A stretch of 64,000 nucleotides of DNA, taken from contig OX597833.1 of NCBI GenBank assembly GCA_951406725.2, positions 26,226,001 to 26,290,000 on the forward strand. The letters run 5' to 3'. The position numbers and the translations under genes were made by a program. This DNA comes from Octopus vulgaris (Eukaryota). This document shows, one piece after another, positions 37,835 through 52,403 of the stretch (position 1 is its first letter; each line of letters opens with the position of its first letter). The notes beneath the pieces are model-generated. The model did no database searches. It worked only from the letters and a program-made list of their open reading frames with translations, and was not told the DNA's origin.

Positions 37835-38571
37835 TATGCGTGTATGTATATGTATATGTATATATATATATGTATACATATATAGTTATGTGTGTATGTA
37901 TGTATGTTTGTCGGTCTGTATGTATGTATATATACGTGTGTGTATATAATATGTGTGTGTGTTCGTATGTGTCTGTGTAGGAGAGGAAGGATAAGAAGCT
38001 ACAATACTAAAACTCTGACTCTTCTATGATCCTGCTATGTCTTGCCCGACCCCAGGTTACGTTTAGGGAAACTGACTGCTATTTTTCGCAGGTCAAGCGA
38101 ACACTTAGTGGCTTATTGGTAGCTCATTAAAAAAAAGAAAAACCTAATTGACCCGTTTCAATATGTCAAACCGTTAAATTCGTCGCATTTCAACTCCTAT
38201 TAATTAAAACCGCCACCTTTTGAAATGATATTCCTCCCGCTGTATAATCATCCACTTTTAAATAATGTTGGAGATATTTGACATAATATCAAGGTCACAA
38301 GTTTGGGGAGAACGAATCGTCGATTAAATCGACCCTAGTATTTCGCAAGTCTTTATTTTATTGACCGTGCAAGGATGAAAGTGAAATTTGACCCGGCAGT
38401 AATAATAATCAGAACGTTAATGGATGCAATTTAATATCCCAAGGCATTAATTTCTCTTTCGATCGAATGATTTTGTCATCCAGCACCCTTATTATCAATT
38501 ATAAACATTCCTAATTTAGCAGAAAGACCACAAATTTAGAGAGAGGAAGCAGTCGATTATATTGACCCACT

Positions 38572-38996
38572 GGCCGGCGAGCTGGTAGAAACGTTAGCAC
38601 ACCGGGCGTAATGCTTAGCGGCATTTCGTCTGCCGCTACGTTCTGAGTTCAAATTCCGCCGAGGTCGACTTTGCCTTTCATACTTTCGGGTTCGATTAAA
38701 TAAGTACCAGTTACGTACTGGGGTCGATATAATCGACTTAATCCGTGTGTCTGTCCTTGTTTGTCCTTTTTTTTTTTTTGCCCCTTCTGGGTAATAAAGA
38801 AATAGGTATTTTGTCTGCCGTTACGTTGTGAGTTCAAATTCCGCCGAGGTCGACTTTGCTTTTCATCCTTTCGGGGTCGATAAATTAAGTACCAGTTACG
38901 CACTGGGATCGATGTAATCGACTTAATCCGTTTGACTGTCCTTGTCTGTCCCCTCTGTGTTTAGCCCCTTGTGGGTAGTAAAGAAATAAGTATTTC
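38572..38996 (+). mobile_element. SINE family S1, head-to-tail dimer (second unit 5'-truncated from ~38807)
   Basis: Two consecutive copies of TTTCGTCTGCCG(C/T)TACGTT(C/G)TGAGTTCAAATTCCGCCGAGGTCGACTTTGC...AAAGAAATA. Confidence 0.85.
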
Positions 38997-40132
38997 ACTG
39001 GCACAGTGATTCAATTGCTCACTGGTACAATTGGAAGAATCATTAGTGTATGAGAAAAAAGCGTTGCCTTGTTATTTTTCTCGACACTATGCATTCTGTG
39101 TTCAAATCACATCGAGTTCCAATTTCCCTTCTAGTACTCTAGTGATAAGCAATATACCATCCCAACGCGTACGACTGACGAAATCTTTACCTGGATGAAT
39201 TGCCTTGTAGTCTAAGTTCAAACCCCGCAATAGTCGTCTGCTTTTCAATCTTTTCAATTGATAAGTGACAGCCCAATGCATTTGCTTAGTGAAAATGTTA
39301 GCGTATCCGACTAGATGCTTTGCAGTTATTGTTTGCAGTTCCGACACCTTCCACCGATGGTTTCGATGCAAGAAAACTTTTCTTTCGGGATCCAACTAAT
39401 AGTCATAAACTCCAATATAAGTTAAAGAGTATGTCCTGTACACCGGGATAAACGACGTGACAGAACAAGAATTGGTGGGCACTTAATATCATTTTCCTGC
39501 AGAACGCACAGCATAAAACGAATGCATGTATATGAACATGCGTTGTGCTTTCATATGTATATACACAAAGCGTATGAGAGTACAATTTCTTCTCACAGAA
39601 CATCCACGCTTAAGTGGGGATAAATATTACCTCACGGTATTAATAATGCCTCTGTCGCTAATAAATATATTTTTAGTCATGTCCTGAGTTCGATTTCAAT
39701 AGACTATTCTTTCTTTTCTCTAAACTTTGAGAGCATGTATTAGAAAATATTGATAATATTGTTTTATGATTAACACGCGTTTTTTAGTGTTGCGCCTTCA
39801 AAAATCTTAATGGAATGAAAGTGAATAGTTAATTGAAATATTCAATATAATAAAACAAGGTCGAGTATTACACTTTAAGGATATGTAAGTATATTGAAGA
39901 AACGAAGGTCATTTTCTAGAACGTTCAACTTCCTCATATTCGGTTAGCTATCATTACTCGGAGAATAATTAATAATAATGGGACGAGTGCCAGAATTGTT
40001 AGTGTAGTGAACTTAATGCCTTGAGATATTTAATTACCTCACTTTTTGGGCCGGAATTCTAACTGTTGCTGCAATTCACCACAGATTTTATTATTATAGC
40101 TTTTGTGATCATCATTATATTATTATTATTAC

Positions 40133-40247
<115 letters not shown>

Positions 40248-41116
40248 TGCTGTTGTTGTTGTTGTTGTATTGCTGTTGCTCTTGTGAATACTAATATTAA
40301 TATCATTGCAAATAATTAGTCAACCAAATAAATCAATAGTTAATTAATCAGACGTATTTATTCATCAATGAGGAAGAGCCTTATTGATTTGTGGATAATA
40401 CCACCTCTGCGAGATGCTTCTATGATAACAATAAGTTTCAAGTTAGTTGATCAACCTCTAAGAAATAGGGGTCAAATCTCTCTCAAATCACACTGTTACT
40501 TCATGGGATATGATACGTTGGATAATGTTGGCTAAGATCAACTGCACACAGAATCTACGTGTGTTTATATGTTACTGTATGATTCTATTGAAGTTGATTC
40601 GTGTATTTACTGTGCTGAAGTCCAATTATAAGTCATGTTCATTCATGGAAATTTTATGATCATATATCTAATCGATCAGATTCACAGGGTGTGAAACAAC
40701 TGAAATAGGAGCGAGAGGGAGAAAGAGACTATGTGGTCGCTCGACCTTCGATAATTAGCAGCCACGTCTCTCTCGTATCACAAGTTACCATATTCAAATA
40801 AATGACGTATCGTAGACATAAGAAGACGGTGTGATCCGGGTAGCAAGGTCCGATTTTCTTTCGGGAAGGGTTTTGTTCGTCTTTTATATCACTTTTGCCC
40901 TCTTCAGTGCTTGTGGAATGATATAAGTGTAGATATTAAGTTGGAATAAAATGGGTTTTTCAAGCCAAGGAAATTGTACTTTTAGAGGTACGTAAGTGGC
41001 CTTGCAGCAGTAGTGGGATTGTGAGCTTTGTTCAAAAGCACTAGAATCTTGAAGTAATTCCATTCAACTAAACGCCACGTCTGTGTCTTGTGCCATCACT
41101 ATACATGGCACAGTTA

Positions 41117-41333
41117 CGAGTGTGTGCTAAGAATTACCTGGCTTTCGGTAATAAAAAAATACAGGAGGATCATTTAATTATGATTTTATTTAACATATTC
41201 TCCTCTCAGTGTCACACACTTATTGTAATGTTCCTTCAGTTTTCTAAACCCTGTAAAATAATTCGGAAGGTTGGGCCTCCAACCAGGCCTTTCGCGACAC
41301 CCTAAAAACCAAGAAATGTTCAGCACCCTCTTG
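41117..41333 (-). mobile_element. Mariner-derived MITE with TA TSD
   Basis: TA|CGAGTGTGTGCTAAGAATTACCTGGCTTT ... AAAACCAAGAAATGTTCAGCACCCTCTTG|TA (imperfect ~29-bp TIRs). Retains the mariner C-terminus FTGFRKLKEHYNKCVTLRGEYVK*. Confidence 0.8.
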
Positions 41334-42194
41334 TATTTGATAAATTTCATGTTATTCCCATCATTCCCTACATGTTTTCTTTTGTACCAGCCAGAGGCTA
41401 ACGAACCTTCGCAAGCGACTTCAGACTTGCAATACACAATTTATTTGAAAAATGTGTTGATTAAAAGTAATATATAATTTAAAGCTTAATGAATCTTTAT
41501 GATTAACAGATGAATTTAAAGTACCTTGTTCTGTTTTCAGAAAAATATTTATTGTAATTAAAGCAAACAAAAACCAGAACGTGAATCCTTCACCAAATTT
41601 AATTTTTCGAATTCTCTGACAGATTAGAAATACAATGCTGTTATTATTACCACCTTCTCTCAAAGGAGTATGGAGCAATGTTACTACAACCAATTATAGT
41701 TGGGAGACAGAATGTTGAATTGTTGGTTTTAAGACCCCAGCATCAAGTGATATGCTCCGTCACAACAGGAGCTGTGACTCGTGATTTTGTGGTATTTGGG
41801 GTTAGCATCTGTTGATGTTGCTGTGCTATTATAGACGCACTGCCACTTCAATCTCTTCCTCGAATTCTTGGTCAGCTTCTGGTACTGATTTTAGGTGTTG
41901 TTAAAAAGTAGTTTTACAGTAGCAACTGCGTTTTCTGGGTTTTGTTGTCAAGGATTCCCTTGCTGTATTCCTCTATTTCCCTCTGTTGCACGTACGGGTA
42001 GCAACTCGTCAAGTGATTTTTGCTGTAACACTTGTAACAATTAGGATAGTTGCTTTCAATTACTAATCCTCTCTCTCTTTCCTTCCTCACCCATAACCAA
42101 CATCAGTTTTGGTGACATATAGCTTCTGATAATAGTGAGGGTGACCATAATGATAAGCACGGCAGCTTTATAAACGATTATGATGCTGTTACTA

Positions 42195-42261
<67 letters not shown>

Positions 42262-42941
42262 CGACGATGGTGATAATGACAACAACTACGAAAGATGAAT
42301 GTGAAAATGGTGATGATGATGATGATGATGATGATGGTGATGGTTCTGCTGATCGCGACAACGAAGTCCGTTATCTCGCTTGTAGGTGCTTGTCGATTGG
42401 CGATAAATTTTGCAACAAAGATTATTGTAAAATATAATTTTTTTACAAAATGACAAAAAATTAAACAAAAATAACAGTACACTGAATAATAAACATTCTT
42501 GGAAAAGCCAGATTAATTACTTTAAGATAAAATATTTAAAAAAAAAAAGAAACTAATAAGTAAGAAACTAAATCAATAAATAATTAAATGAATAAATAAA
42601 TAATGGCTGACGAGTTAATCATAATTGAAATTTAAAACTTAGCTTCATCAATCACGAGACTAATGTAGGTGTAGAAGAGAAGTGTCCATTGTGTATTTTC
42701 GCTGTAAGTAGATTATGTAGAGGCTGTGTAACTTACACACACACACACATATATATATATACACATGCATACACATATATATATATATGCATGTATATGT
42801 ATTATATATATATATATATGTATATGTAAGTTTATATGAACATGTATATGTGTCTATAAATGTATGTATATGCATATACACACACACATATATATATACA
42901 CAAATATATATATACATTATATATATACATATATGCATATA

Positions 42942-43002
<61 letters not shown>

Positions 43003-45464
43003 GTATATACATACATACACACACACATATATATATATATGTGAAATGCATGTAAGTATATGTGTTTATGTGTATGTGTGTGTGTGTGTGCCTGTGTACA
43101 GGTGTGTCTAGGTGTGTACATGGTGCTTAAATTTCTGGTACATTTTTGCTCTCTTAGAGAATTAAATGAGTTATCGGTGTATAGCGTTTGTTTACTATTT
43201 ATTTTGCCTGGTGGGGGTAACACATGATAACTAAGTGTTCATAATATGTAATCGTAGATGTTATGATATCAACAAACAACAACAAAAGCAATAATAACAA
43301 CTGTAACAACAATACCAACAGTGACAACAAAATAACAACAATAAGAATAACAGCAAAAATAATACCATTATTAAAAGTGGATTCTAATTCAGTCACACGG
43401 TCAGCAATTTTGATTGAAGGAAGAAGGTTAGTAAAGTGCCCCTAGGAAGTATTGGTTTATATATATTTATATGTATGACATATATCTTTGGGTGTATACG
43501 TATATATAAATATACACACATACACATATATATACATATATACACATACACACGTATATATATATAATATACATGTACATATAAACTTGCATATACATAT
43601 ATAATACATATACATGCATATATATATGTGTGTGTGTGTATGTGTATATATATATGTGTGTGTGTGTGTATGTATATATATGTAAGAATATATATATATT
43701 CTGGCGTTGGCGAGATTTGAACACAGAACATACACAGGGAGGCTCAAGAAATACAGCAGAGCATTTTGTACGATTGCTCTTATAACTCTGCTGGTCTATC
43801 GACGATGATGATATTGATGATGACGACGATGATTATGACGACGTTGAGGAGGAGGAGGAGGAGGAGGAGAGTAGTAGAGGAGGTGGAAGATTTCCAGCCC
43901 CCAGATGTACGTGTCGAAGAACAGGATAAGATAGAAATACAAGCAATAAGCAACGCGGTCATATCAACACAAAACTAAGATAACAGCGATACTGTATTAT
44001 TGCATTGCTATAAACGTGTAAAGTCTGGTTTTATACAAGGAAAATTTACTGACAGCGGGAAAGTTTTGTTACATTATGAAAATGAAACATAACAAAAGTA
44101 AATAAACGAACAAAATACAATGGATGAGACACCGGACAGCAACATCAGGATTCTCACAAAATAACGACCAGATATATTTTGAAAGAAATAAAGACAAATC
44201 TTACTATATAGATAAGGAAAGGGACTTATTGTATTTTCTAAAATAATACAGAATAGTGCGAGCGCGATAATCAGGAAAAGTTAAGAAGGATCTCACTACG
44301 TGTCATCTTGGGCAAGTATTTTTTATCATAACAAAGAGCAGACGAAAAATATCAATAGATGGAAATCTTTCCAATGTCCTGTACTATTAATTGAAAATCC
44401 AGCCTTGTCACATTGTGCTAGATTGGTTCTGACTGAGAAATACAGCAAGGTTATACTATTGAATTGAAAGTTCAGCCTCATACATCCTAATTCAATACGA
44501 AGATTAGTTGATTAGTTGATCAAACAACTGAATTCTGAAAATTGAATCGACAGAGATCCATTTGTTTCACACAATTGAATCACAACATCCTTTACTCGCT
44601 CTCAACAAGTATAACTAGAGACACAATAATACTTCAAAGTTGTTCAAATTACACTTCCATGCTTATTTTCATCTCCCTGGAGAAATGCACCACAGTAGTC
44701 TTATGAAATTCTACCAGTTTTAGGAATGATTACGGCAAGCTATTCTCGCGTTTAGCAAACCATGCCACAGAATAAACCTTAGAAGATTTTTACCTGCAGG
44801 AATGGTAATAATGTATTAGTAATCGAAATAGTGATATCAAAGTCACTGAATCATGTCAGTTAAGACAGGTAGAACAAAAAACTGTATCTGTCATCTTATT
44901 TGATATTCATAAAAGAAGGAAATGCAATAATTTCTCAAACGACGTTGGCATTTTATCTTTAGGGACGTAAACACGTACCAGGAAATATCAAAGGTAGGTT
45001 ATGTAAATATTTTGATGGTCTCCTCACAAAGAGAATGTTAACTTTCAGCATTGTTAGGCAAATTTTCATATATATTCATCATTACCGTTTTTACATCATG
45101 AATACTAAATGTAATAAGACTGAAGATAATATATTGTAAGCTCAGTGTAAGGTCAAACATTGTCCGAGGCGAGAAGACTTATCAACTAAATCAATACCTG
45201 TACGGTGTAGCGTGTTAATTGACCCTAACAATAATAGTAATATAAGGTATGTCTGCCTGATGAGAGTTTACACCTAAGAGAGTATTTCAAAAGTACACGC
45301 GACAAATACACTAAATAAGCTAGTATGTATATGAGTGCGTGTGAACATACGATATACAAATATACATACGTTTATATATATTTATATGTATGACATATAT
45401 CTATGGGTGCATATGTATATATAAATAAACACACACACACATACACACACACACATATATATAT

Positions 45465-46318
45465 GATAAATCACAGTATGTGCGTGTGTTTATTAACTAA
45501 CGCATACATTTCCACAATTCTCAACTGATTTTCACCAAACTTTACACACACATTACTTATCTGCCAAGAGTGGTCATACCCTATAAAATTTTGCCCAGTG
45601 CTCCCGCGTAAATGGACCGACCAGGAAAAACGGTATTTTACACGGGTTTTTCTCTAATTCATTGTATGTTCATAGTTTTTTTAATGTAGGATCTTCCATA
45701 CTTTTTTAAAATCTATACGGTCGTATATTGGCATTACAGAAAATTCTTTTAGTGGTTTTCACATTTATTTGATTTATCATTTATTTATAAGTTGTGATTG
45801 TGTATTATTACTTCCTATATGTTTTTTATATGTGTATTGGTGAATAATAAAAGTGAAAGGACTTTGTCTATTTATTTCGACTGTTTGCCATACTTTTTAA
45901 ATCTATATGGTCGTACATTTGCATTACAGAATATTTTTTACTTGTTTTAACATGTCTTTGAAAAGCTGCACAACGGCTATGCATCTGTACTGCATCAATA
46001 CGTATTCGTGACGTTTTGTCAAAGTACGAGTTTTATTTAGCCGTCCAACTCTCTAGATTTTAGCCGTCACTTATAGTATTTAATGGTCTAATGTTCAAAT
46101 CAACTCTAATAAACTGCGGACTTCAGGCGATAGCAAACTTCAGAAGACTTGCTGTATAAATTGAGTGCGGATACTGAGAAAACGTTCTAGGATAATTTTG
46201 ACGAGAATACTATAGGCAGTTGCATGCGTTTATATTGCCACGAGAATGTTTGACAAAACTTAGCAAGCCTCTAACGAAATTTAAATCTCATTTCTATACT
46301 GTAATCTATACTTACTAG
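45465..46318 (+). mobile_element. Possible decayed non-autonomous Helitron with internal ~70-bp duplication
   Basis: CAACTGATTTTCACCAAACTTTACACACACAT resembles CAACCGATTCTGATGAACTTGACACACACAT in the 22360-22742 Helitron. Direct repeat ~45696-45765 / ~45888-45953. A CTAG at 46315-46318 is only a tentative end. Confidence 0.4.
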
Positions 46319-46450
46319 CTCAGGTTCAATCCAAAATATCTTATTGAAGTATTAAACACACGCATATATGCATGCTTACATGTATGTAAACATGCATGTA
46401 TATGTGCATAAATACGTAGCCAGTAAAAGTTTTGCATCTGCTATAAATAG

Positions 46451-46508
<58 letters not shown>

Positions 46509-46639
46509 GCATATATGTATAAATATATATGTATATCTATATGTGTATGTGAGCGCGTCTGTCTGTGCGCGTGTGTGCGTGTGAGTGCTTATATATGTGT
46601 GCGTGTGTACAAATGAAATCATATAATAAATATTATTAA

Positions 46640-46938
46640 TCACATATACTTAATGTATATGCTTCGTGTATTTTTCGGTGGCTGCTATACCGTAGTGGAG
46701 TATATACACTCTCAAAGCGCCGGGTGTTCAAACACCCCAGAGTCATGGAAGATGGGTTAACTAACTTTCAATAGCATTTGAATGAGATAGACACCGATGG
46801 TTCTCCATTTTTATCACTTGTCAATATTACGTGACCACGAGGTTTGAAGGCAATTAACCCAACCAGTCCACCCTGGCGGGTACGTGACGGATGTGTTATT
46901 GCAGTCGTCGGAAAATACACGAACCATAAGTACTTGTG

Positions 46939-46939
<1 letters not shown>
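46640..46939. mobile_element. TTAA-flanked MITE (piggyBac-type)
   Basis: TTAA at 46636-46639 and 46940-46943. Imperfect TIRs TCACATATACTT...TTCGTGTATTTTTCGGTGGCTGC / GCAGTCGTCGGAAAATACACGAACCATAAGTACTTGTGG. Confidence 0.55.
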
Positions 46940-47005
<66 letters not shown>

Positions 47006-47025
47006 TTAATAATAATAATAATAAT

Positions 47026-47459
47026 GTGTTATCATGTACATTCTTGTGGTATTGAGCAAATAATCTGCCGCTCGTCAGTTGTTAGACCTTAACTAGTTGA
47101 GCATGTCAGTGGCTGACGATATGTGCATCTCTGATCAGGGGCATCACAGCCATGATGCTTTGGGGGTTTGGATAATTCACCTCTGGAAACATGAGTGTTT
47201 AGTTCAACATCCTTAAACAACCATTGTTCAGGGACTTTTTCAGCAGGATGGGCTACACGACCTGAAGGAAATTCTAACTGGACCCGACCTGCGAGGTCAT
47301 GCGCTGTTTCTCTTGATATGAGACACCATGTCGCACACATATGGTTGTAATATATGTGCCTGGTGAACCCTTATCGGACGGGTAGTCAGTATGGGTATGT
47401 TGGGCTTCGTATATGTTACCCCAGTATCACTTTGATGGCATACACGGCTCTCTCACTCA
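47026..47459 (+). mobile_element. (TAA)n-associated non-autonomous retroelement, copy 1
   Basis: Flanked by (TAA)n on both sides; ends CTCTCTCACTC-AATAGTAATAAT; homologous in opposite orientation to 51905-52403. Confidence 0.7.
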
Positions 47460-48844
47460 ATAGTAATAATACTAATAATATATGTGTGTGTGTGTATTTA
47501 TATATATATGTGCACATATTTACATACACACACACATATATATATACGCACAAGCATGTGTGTACGTAAACACACATACATTCACACAAACATAAATAAT
47601 ATATTAATGGATATATTAATGTTTGCGCGTCTGTCTGTATGCGTGTGTGTGTATGCGCGCGCGCGTGTGTGTGTGTGTGTGTGTGTGCGTGTGTGTGTAT
47701 ATGTATTGACTTTAATATTCATATGCGTCATGAGAATATTCCTCTTTTGTTCCTTAGCACCTACAATGTTGCTCTGATTGTACACTATGGAGATGTGTGA
47801 TATCTTATTAATGACTAATGAGACTTAAATTTTGACACTTGAGACAGCAAACGCTCAGCATCTTATGAATACAGCGAAAATCAAAACAAACAATGCTCTA
47901 CCTTTACTCTCCAGTCGACTACTCGAGACTTAATGTAAGAAGTTTCAATATTTCCCTTTGTGATTAGATTTTCACGCTATAATCCAACGCCTTTTCAGAA
48001 AAGAGTCGGTTGTTTTTTAACACTTATTTTCACGCATACTGATTGATGAAGAAAGTCCAATGGCTTAAGTTCAGGCCATCAGAAAATCAATGAATTCAGG
48101 CCGTGTTTTTCTACACTTAGAGTTGGCTTTGATATTCGTTTTTCCTTCCATTATGGTTTACTAGGTTTGTGGAGCTTTTAGAGTATGTTGTAACACTATT
48201 TCCAGTGTGATGCACTCTAATCCATTTTGTTCCGGGCGTCGAAATAAATAGATATATTTTGATTTGTGTCTTCTTTAATATTCTCCTGTCTGCCCCACCA
48301 CATGTTCATATATATGCATGCATATGTATGTACATACAAAAATGCACACTCACATACACACAAATACATACGCACACACACACATACACCATTGTTTGTA
48401 TGATTATGTACAGATAAATATATTAGTCAATCAAATTCCAGCATTGTCTGATTTTCACGTTTCATTTTTGTATATACAATTTTACATATAATACTTCAGA
48501 TTATAATACTGCAAGTACTTTCAAGCTCTCCACAATCTTCATGTATATTTATTAGCAGTATCAATCGGCACTTGATACATCAATTGAAAATTGTAGTGGA
48601 ATGACTGAACGTGTCCTAAAGGCAGCATATATGCTCCTAAAGGCTGCGATATTTTCCTAAAGGCCGCAGCAAGCCGAAATTTATGAACAGTATTACGGTT
48701 TGTTAAGCGTGCCAATAAAATTCACATTGCTTATTCATAGCAACATTGTAATCAATCAAAGTCGTCTGAAAGGCTTCGGCAACGTTCAGATATTGAGACT
48801 GATGTTATATAATGTATTCCTGCTTTAAATATTTTTGAATGAAT

Positions 48845-48975
48845 GTACTTATTTTATCGACCCCGAAATGATGGAAGTATATCCCGGTGAAATTTGAACT
48901 AAGGAGGTAAAGACAGATGAAATACCGTAAAGAATTTTGCTCGGCGTGGTAACGGTTCTGCCAGTTCATCACCTT
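48845..48975 (-). mobile_element. SINE family S1 (decayed)
   Basis: GTACTTATTTTATCGACCCCGAAA...AATTTGAACT...GGCGTGGTAACGGTTCTGCCAGTTCATCACC. Confidence 0.65.
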
Positions 48976-49759
48976 ATTACCATTTTATAATAATTCTGCT
49001 TCTCACTAGGTTACTTAGCCCGTCAGTAACGCTTTTACGGGATTAGAGAAAAAGAGGGAGAAGAAAAAGACGGAGAGAGAAAATGAGCGCGCATATCGTG
49101 TGGTAGGGGGAACGTAACATTTATTACGTGGTTAAAAAAGTTAGAGGGCTGATGTTCTGATGATGAGGTTAAAGAAAGGCAGATAGAGAAGTACGAGAAA
49201 GGAGGGAGAGCGGCGAGAGAGGGGGAAGAGAGAAGAGGAAGAGAGAGGGGAGGGATGAGGAGAGAGAGATGATAATGGTGATGACAGTGGTGGTGGTGGT
49301 GGTGATGGAGACGGTAGCGGTGGAGGTGGTGGTGGTGCATGGAAACTGAAAAATGCATTTGTTTTTAAAATTGAACTAAATCTTTTATATCACATATCAC
49401 TTAACACATGCGCAATTTCGTGAAGTATTCGCGCTTATTTACATTGCCGATTTACGTGGCAATTTAGCTAAAGGTTGCATCATATGTACGGGGTTATTTT
49501 TATGTGTGTGAGTTTATGGGGGAAATGGAAAAATAAGAGTGAATATTTATTTTATGAGTGCTGTGTATTAAGTCTATAAAATTGTGCGTAAAGTATATAA
49601 AGTAATGATCGTATTCCAATTTCTTTCACTTTCCAATAAGCAGCAAATGAGCGACTATCCTTCTATACAGACACAACACAGTCTACGCTTTCTGTTTTGT
49701 TTATAAAGCTTTTAGAAATAACCCAATAAGTTTACCATTAGTTGCGTGAAATGTTTAAG

Positions 49760-49970
49760 GGTCGCGGCGAACTGGCAGAATCGTTTACATGCCGGACAAA
49801 ATGCTTGGCTGCATTTCGCTCGTAATCACATTCTGAGTTCATATTCCACTGCGATGGACTTTGCTCTCCAATTTTTTGGCAGTCAATGAAATAAATACGA
49901 GTTGAGCACTATAATAGACTAGAACTCCTCCTCCAAATTAATACCCCAGGCCCAAAATTTGAAACTAATA
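49760..49970 (+). mobile_element. SINE family S1 (decayed)
   Basis: GCGGCGAACTGGCAGAATCGTTTACATGCCGGACAAAATGCTT...TTCTGAGTTCATATTCC. Confidence 0.65.
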
Positions 49971-50329
49971 TTAGCACTACTATTATTGTAGTAGTAGTAG
50001 TAGTAACCCCGAATTATCCTAAATAGATTGCTCTGCTATTAGGTATTCAAATTAGTTATTTAATTATCAATTAATTATTTATTCTTCTAATTTCTATTAT
50101 ATATCCTTTGTTATATCTTTTGATGTGGAAGTGTCTCCCTTTGTTCGTTGTTTTTTGTTTTTGTTAGTTTATGCTTTTTAGGGGTTTTATTCGTTTTTGT
50201 GTGTTGTATCTCGTCCATTGATATTGTCCTCCATATGTTCGACCCATGCGGCCAATAAATGAAATCATAATTATTATCATTAATAATAATAAAAATAATA
50301 ATAATAACAATAACAACAACAACAACAAC

Positions 50330-50367
<38 letters not shown>

Positions 50368-50394
50368 GAAGAAGAAGAAGAAGAAAAAGAAGAA

Positions 50395-50588
50395 GGTGGC
50401 CAGGTGGCAGTATCCTCACAAGCCTTTCGCTCCTAAGCCTGTACGCTTGACGTGAGTAGGGCAGCGCTTGATGTAAGCTAGTGCCAGCTGACGTGCCAAT
50501 TTCCTTAATGCATTTCTCCTGTTGTCTGGGTTCCAGACCTGTCTTCTGCTGGGAAAAGTACACTGATCTAGATGAAAAGCCGATAAAC
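50395..50588 (-). mobile_element. Possible 3' end of a HERO-like REL non-LTR retrotransposon followed by (TTC)n/(TTA)n
   Basis: Minus strand IGFSSRSVYFSQQKTGLEPRQQEKCIKEIGTSAGTS resembles the GCRGF..S....L...G......K.IK.....AE..S C-terminal motif of HERO-type elements. Flanked by microsatellites. Confidence 0.4.
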
Positions 50589-50604
50589 ACACACACATGC
50601 ACGT

Positions 50605-50645
<41 letters not shown>

Positions 50646-50672
50646 CACACACACACATACACACACACACAT

Positions 50673-50703
<31 letters not shown>

Positions 50704-51164
50704 ATTTTCGAATATGTAAACTTGTACAAGTATGTAAAAACGTAACAGCAAAGTTTCACTAAAGTACAGTAAGATAACAAATGAATAAATAAAAAAAACG
50801 AACATATAGAAAGATACATACAAATAAAAAAAAAATTATTTGTGAGGAAGAAAGCCTAGAGAAGGCAATGGATAGAAACGCAGGCGAATGTCTTCCGAAA
50901 TAATATGAGTAACGTTCCGCTTCTCTAGTTTCACTTTCTACTTTCACTTTCCTTGCACAGAGTAACTGAATACTGACTGCGTCTACTTGCAATTCGAATG
51001 TGTCACATTATACTCTCAAAATGGACGACCTAATCGACTTAATAACATATCACCTATCTCCCTTATGTTGCATCTTCTATCTTTATTTGACCGAGCATGT
51101 GCGTACTTCTGCTATGTATGTTGAGCGTAGCTCGTGTGTTGTATTTGTGTGTGTGTGTGTGTGT

Positions 51165-51214
<50 letters not shown>

Positions 51215-51536
51215 ATGCGTGTATGAGCATGGATGTATCATTGTGTTTGTACGTGTATTATCGCTTGAAGGTCTACGTATGAACGTAGATATGAATGTGT
51301 ATATTCTATGCGTTTATATATATAGATGCGTTGTTTGTGTTCACCTCCGTCATCTAAGCCTGTATAATTCTTTTGCATGCATGCTTATACATGAGATAAG
51401 TGCCCATGTAAATGTGCGATGCATATGTGGACGACACCTATCACGTAGATTAATGTGCATTTAGGAACGTCAATGAACTGCAGTTCAAGCTTCAGTAGAG
51501 ATGACCATATTAGTAATGTCGATCATATATAGACAG

Positions 51537-51698
51537 CGCCGGGCGTAATGCTGCCTTTCGCCCGTCGTTACGTTTTGAGTTCAAATTCCGCCGAGGTCGA
51601 CATTGACTTTCATTCTTTCGAGGTCGATAGAATAAGTACATGTTGAGCACTGGAAGTCGATCTAATCCAAATTTCAGGCCTTGTACCTATTGTAGAAC
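51537..51698 (+). mobile_element. SINE family S1 (partial)
   Basis: CGCCGGGCGTAATGCT...TTACGTTTTGAGTTCAAATTCCGCCGAGGTCGAC...GGTCGATAGAATAAGTAC. Confidence 0.7.
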
Positions 51699-51700
51699 GA

Positions 51701-51904
<204 letters not shown>

Positions 51905-52403
51905 TTGAGTGAGAGTACAGTGCATGCCATCTGAGGTACAAATATACAAAGTACAATATACCCATCACGACTACCTGTCTGATAAGGACACAACAGCCAC
52001 ACGCATGACGGTTATATGTGCGCAACACTGTGATCTCATATCAAGATAAACAGCGAATGACCATGCAGATGGAGCTCAGTTAGCACTTTCGTTAGATCGG
52101 GTAACCCTCCCCCGCTCAAAATGTCCCTGATTAAGAGTTGTTTAAGGACGTTGAACTAAACACCCATGTTTCCAGAGGTGAATTACTCAAACCCCAAATA
52201 ATTCCTGCCAACACATAGCTCCTTCATTACTCCTGCCCGTCATAATAGATGCACATATCGTCAGCCATTAAGGGACATGCTCAACTGGTTAAGGTCAAGC
52301 AACTGACAAGCAAATCTGTAGTACTGAGCAGAATATTTGCTGTAGCCCATCTTTTTTATACCAAGATAAATCATGTACATGATAATACACTCCTTCGGTT
52401 AAA
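51905..52403 (-). mobile_element. (TAA)n-associated non-autonomous retroelement, copy 2
   Basis: Reverse homolog of 47026-47459, flanked by (TTA)n on both sides. Confidence 0.7.
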
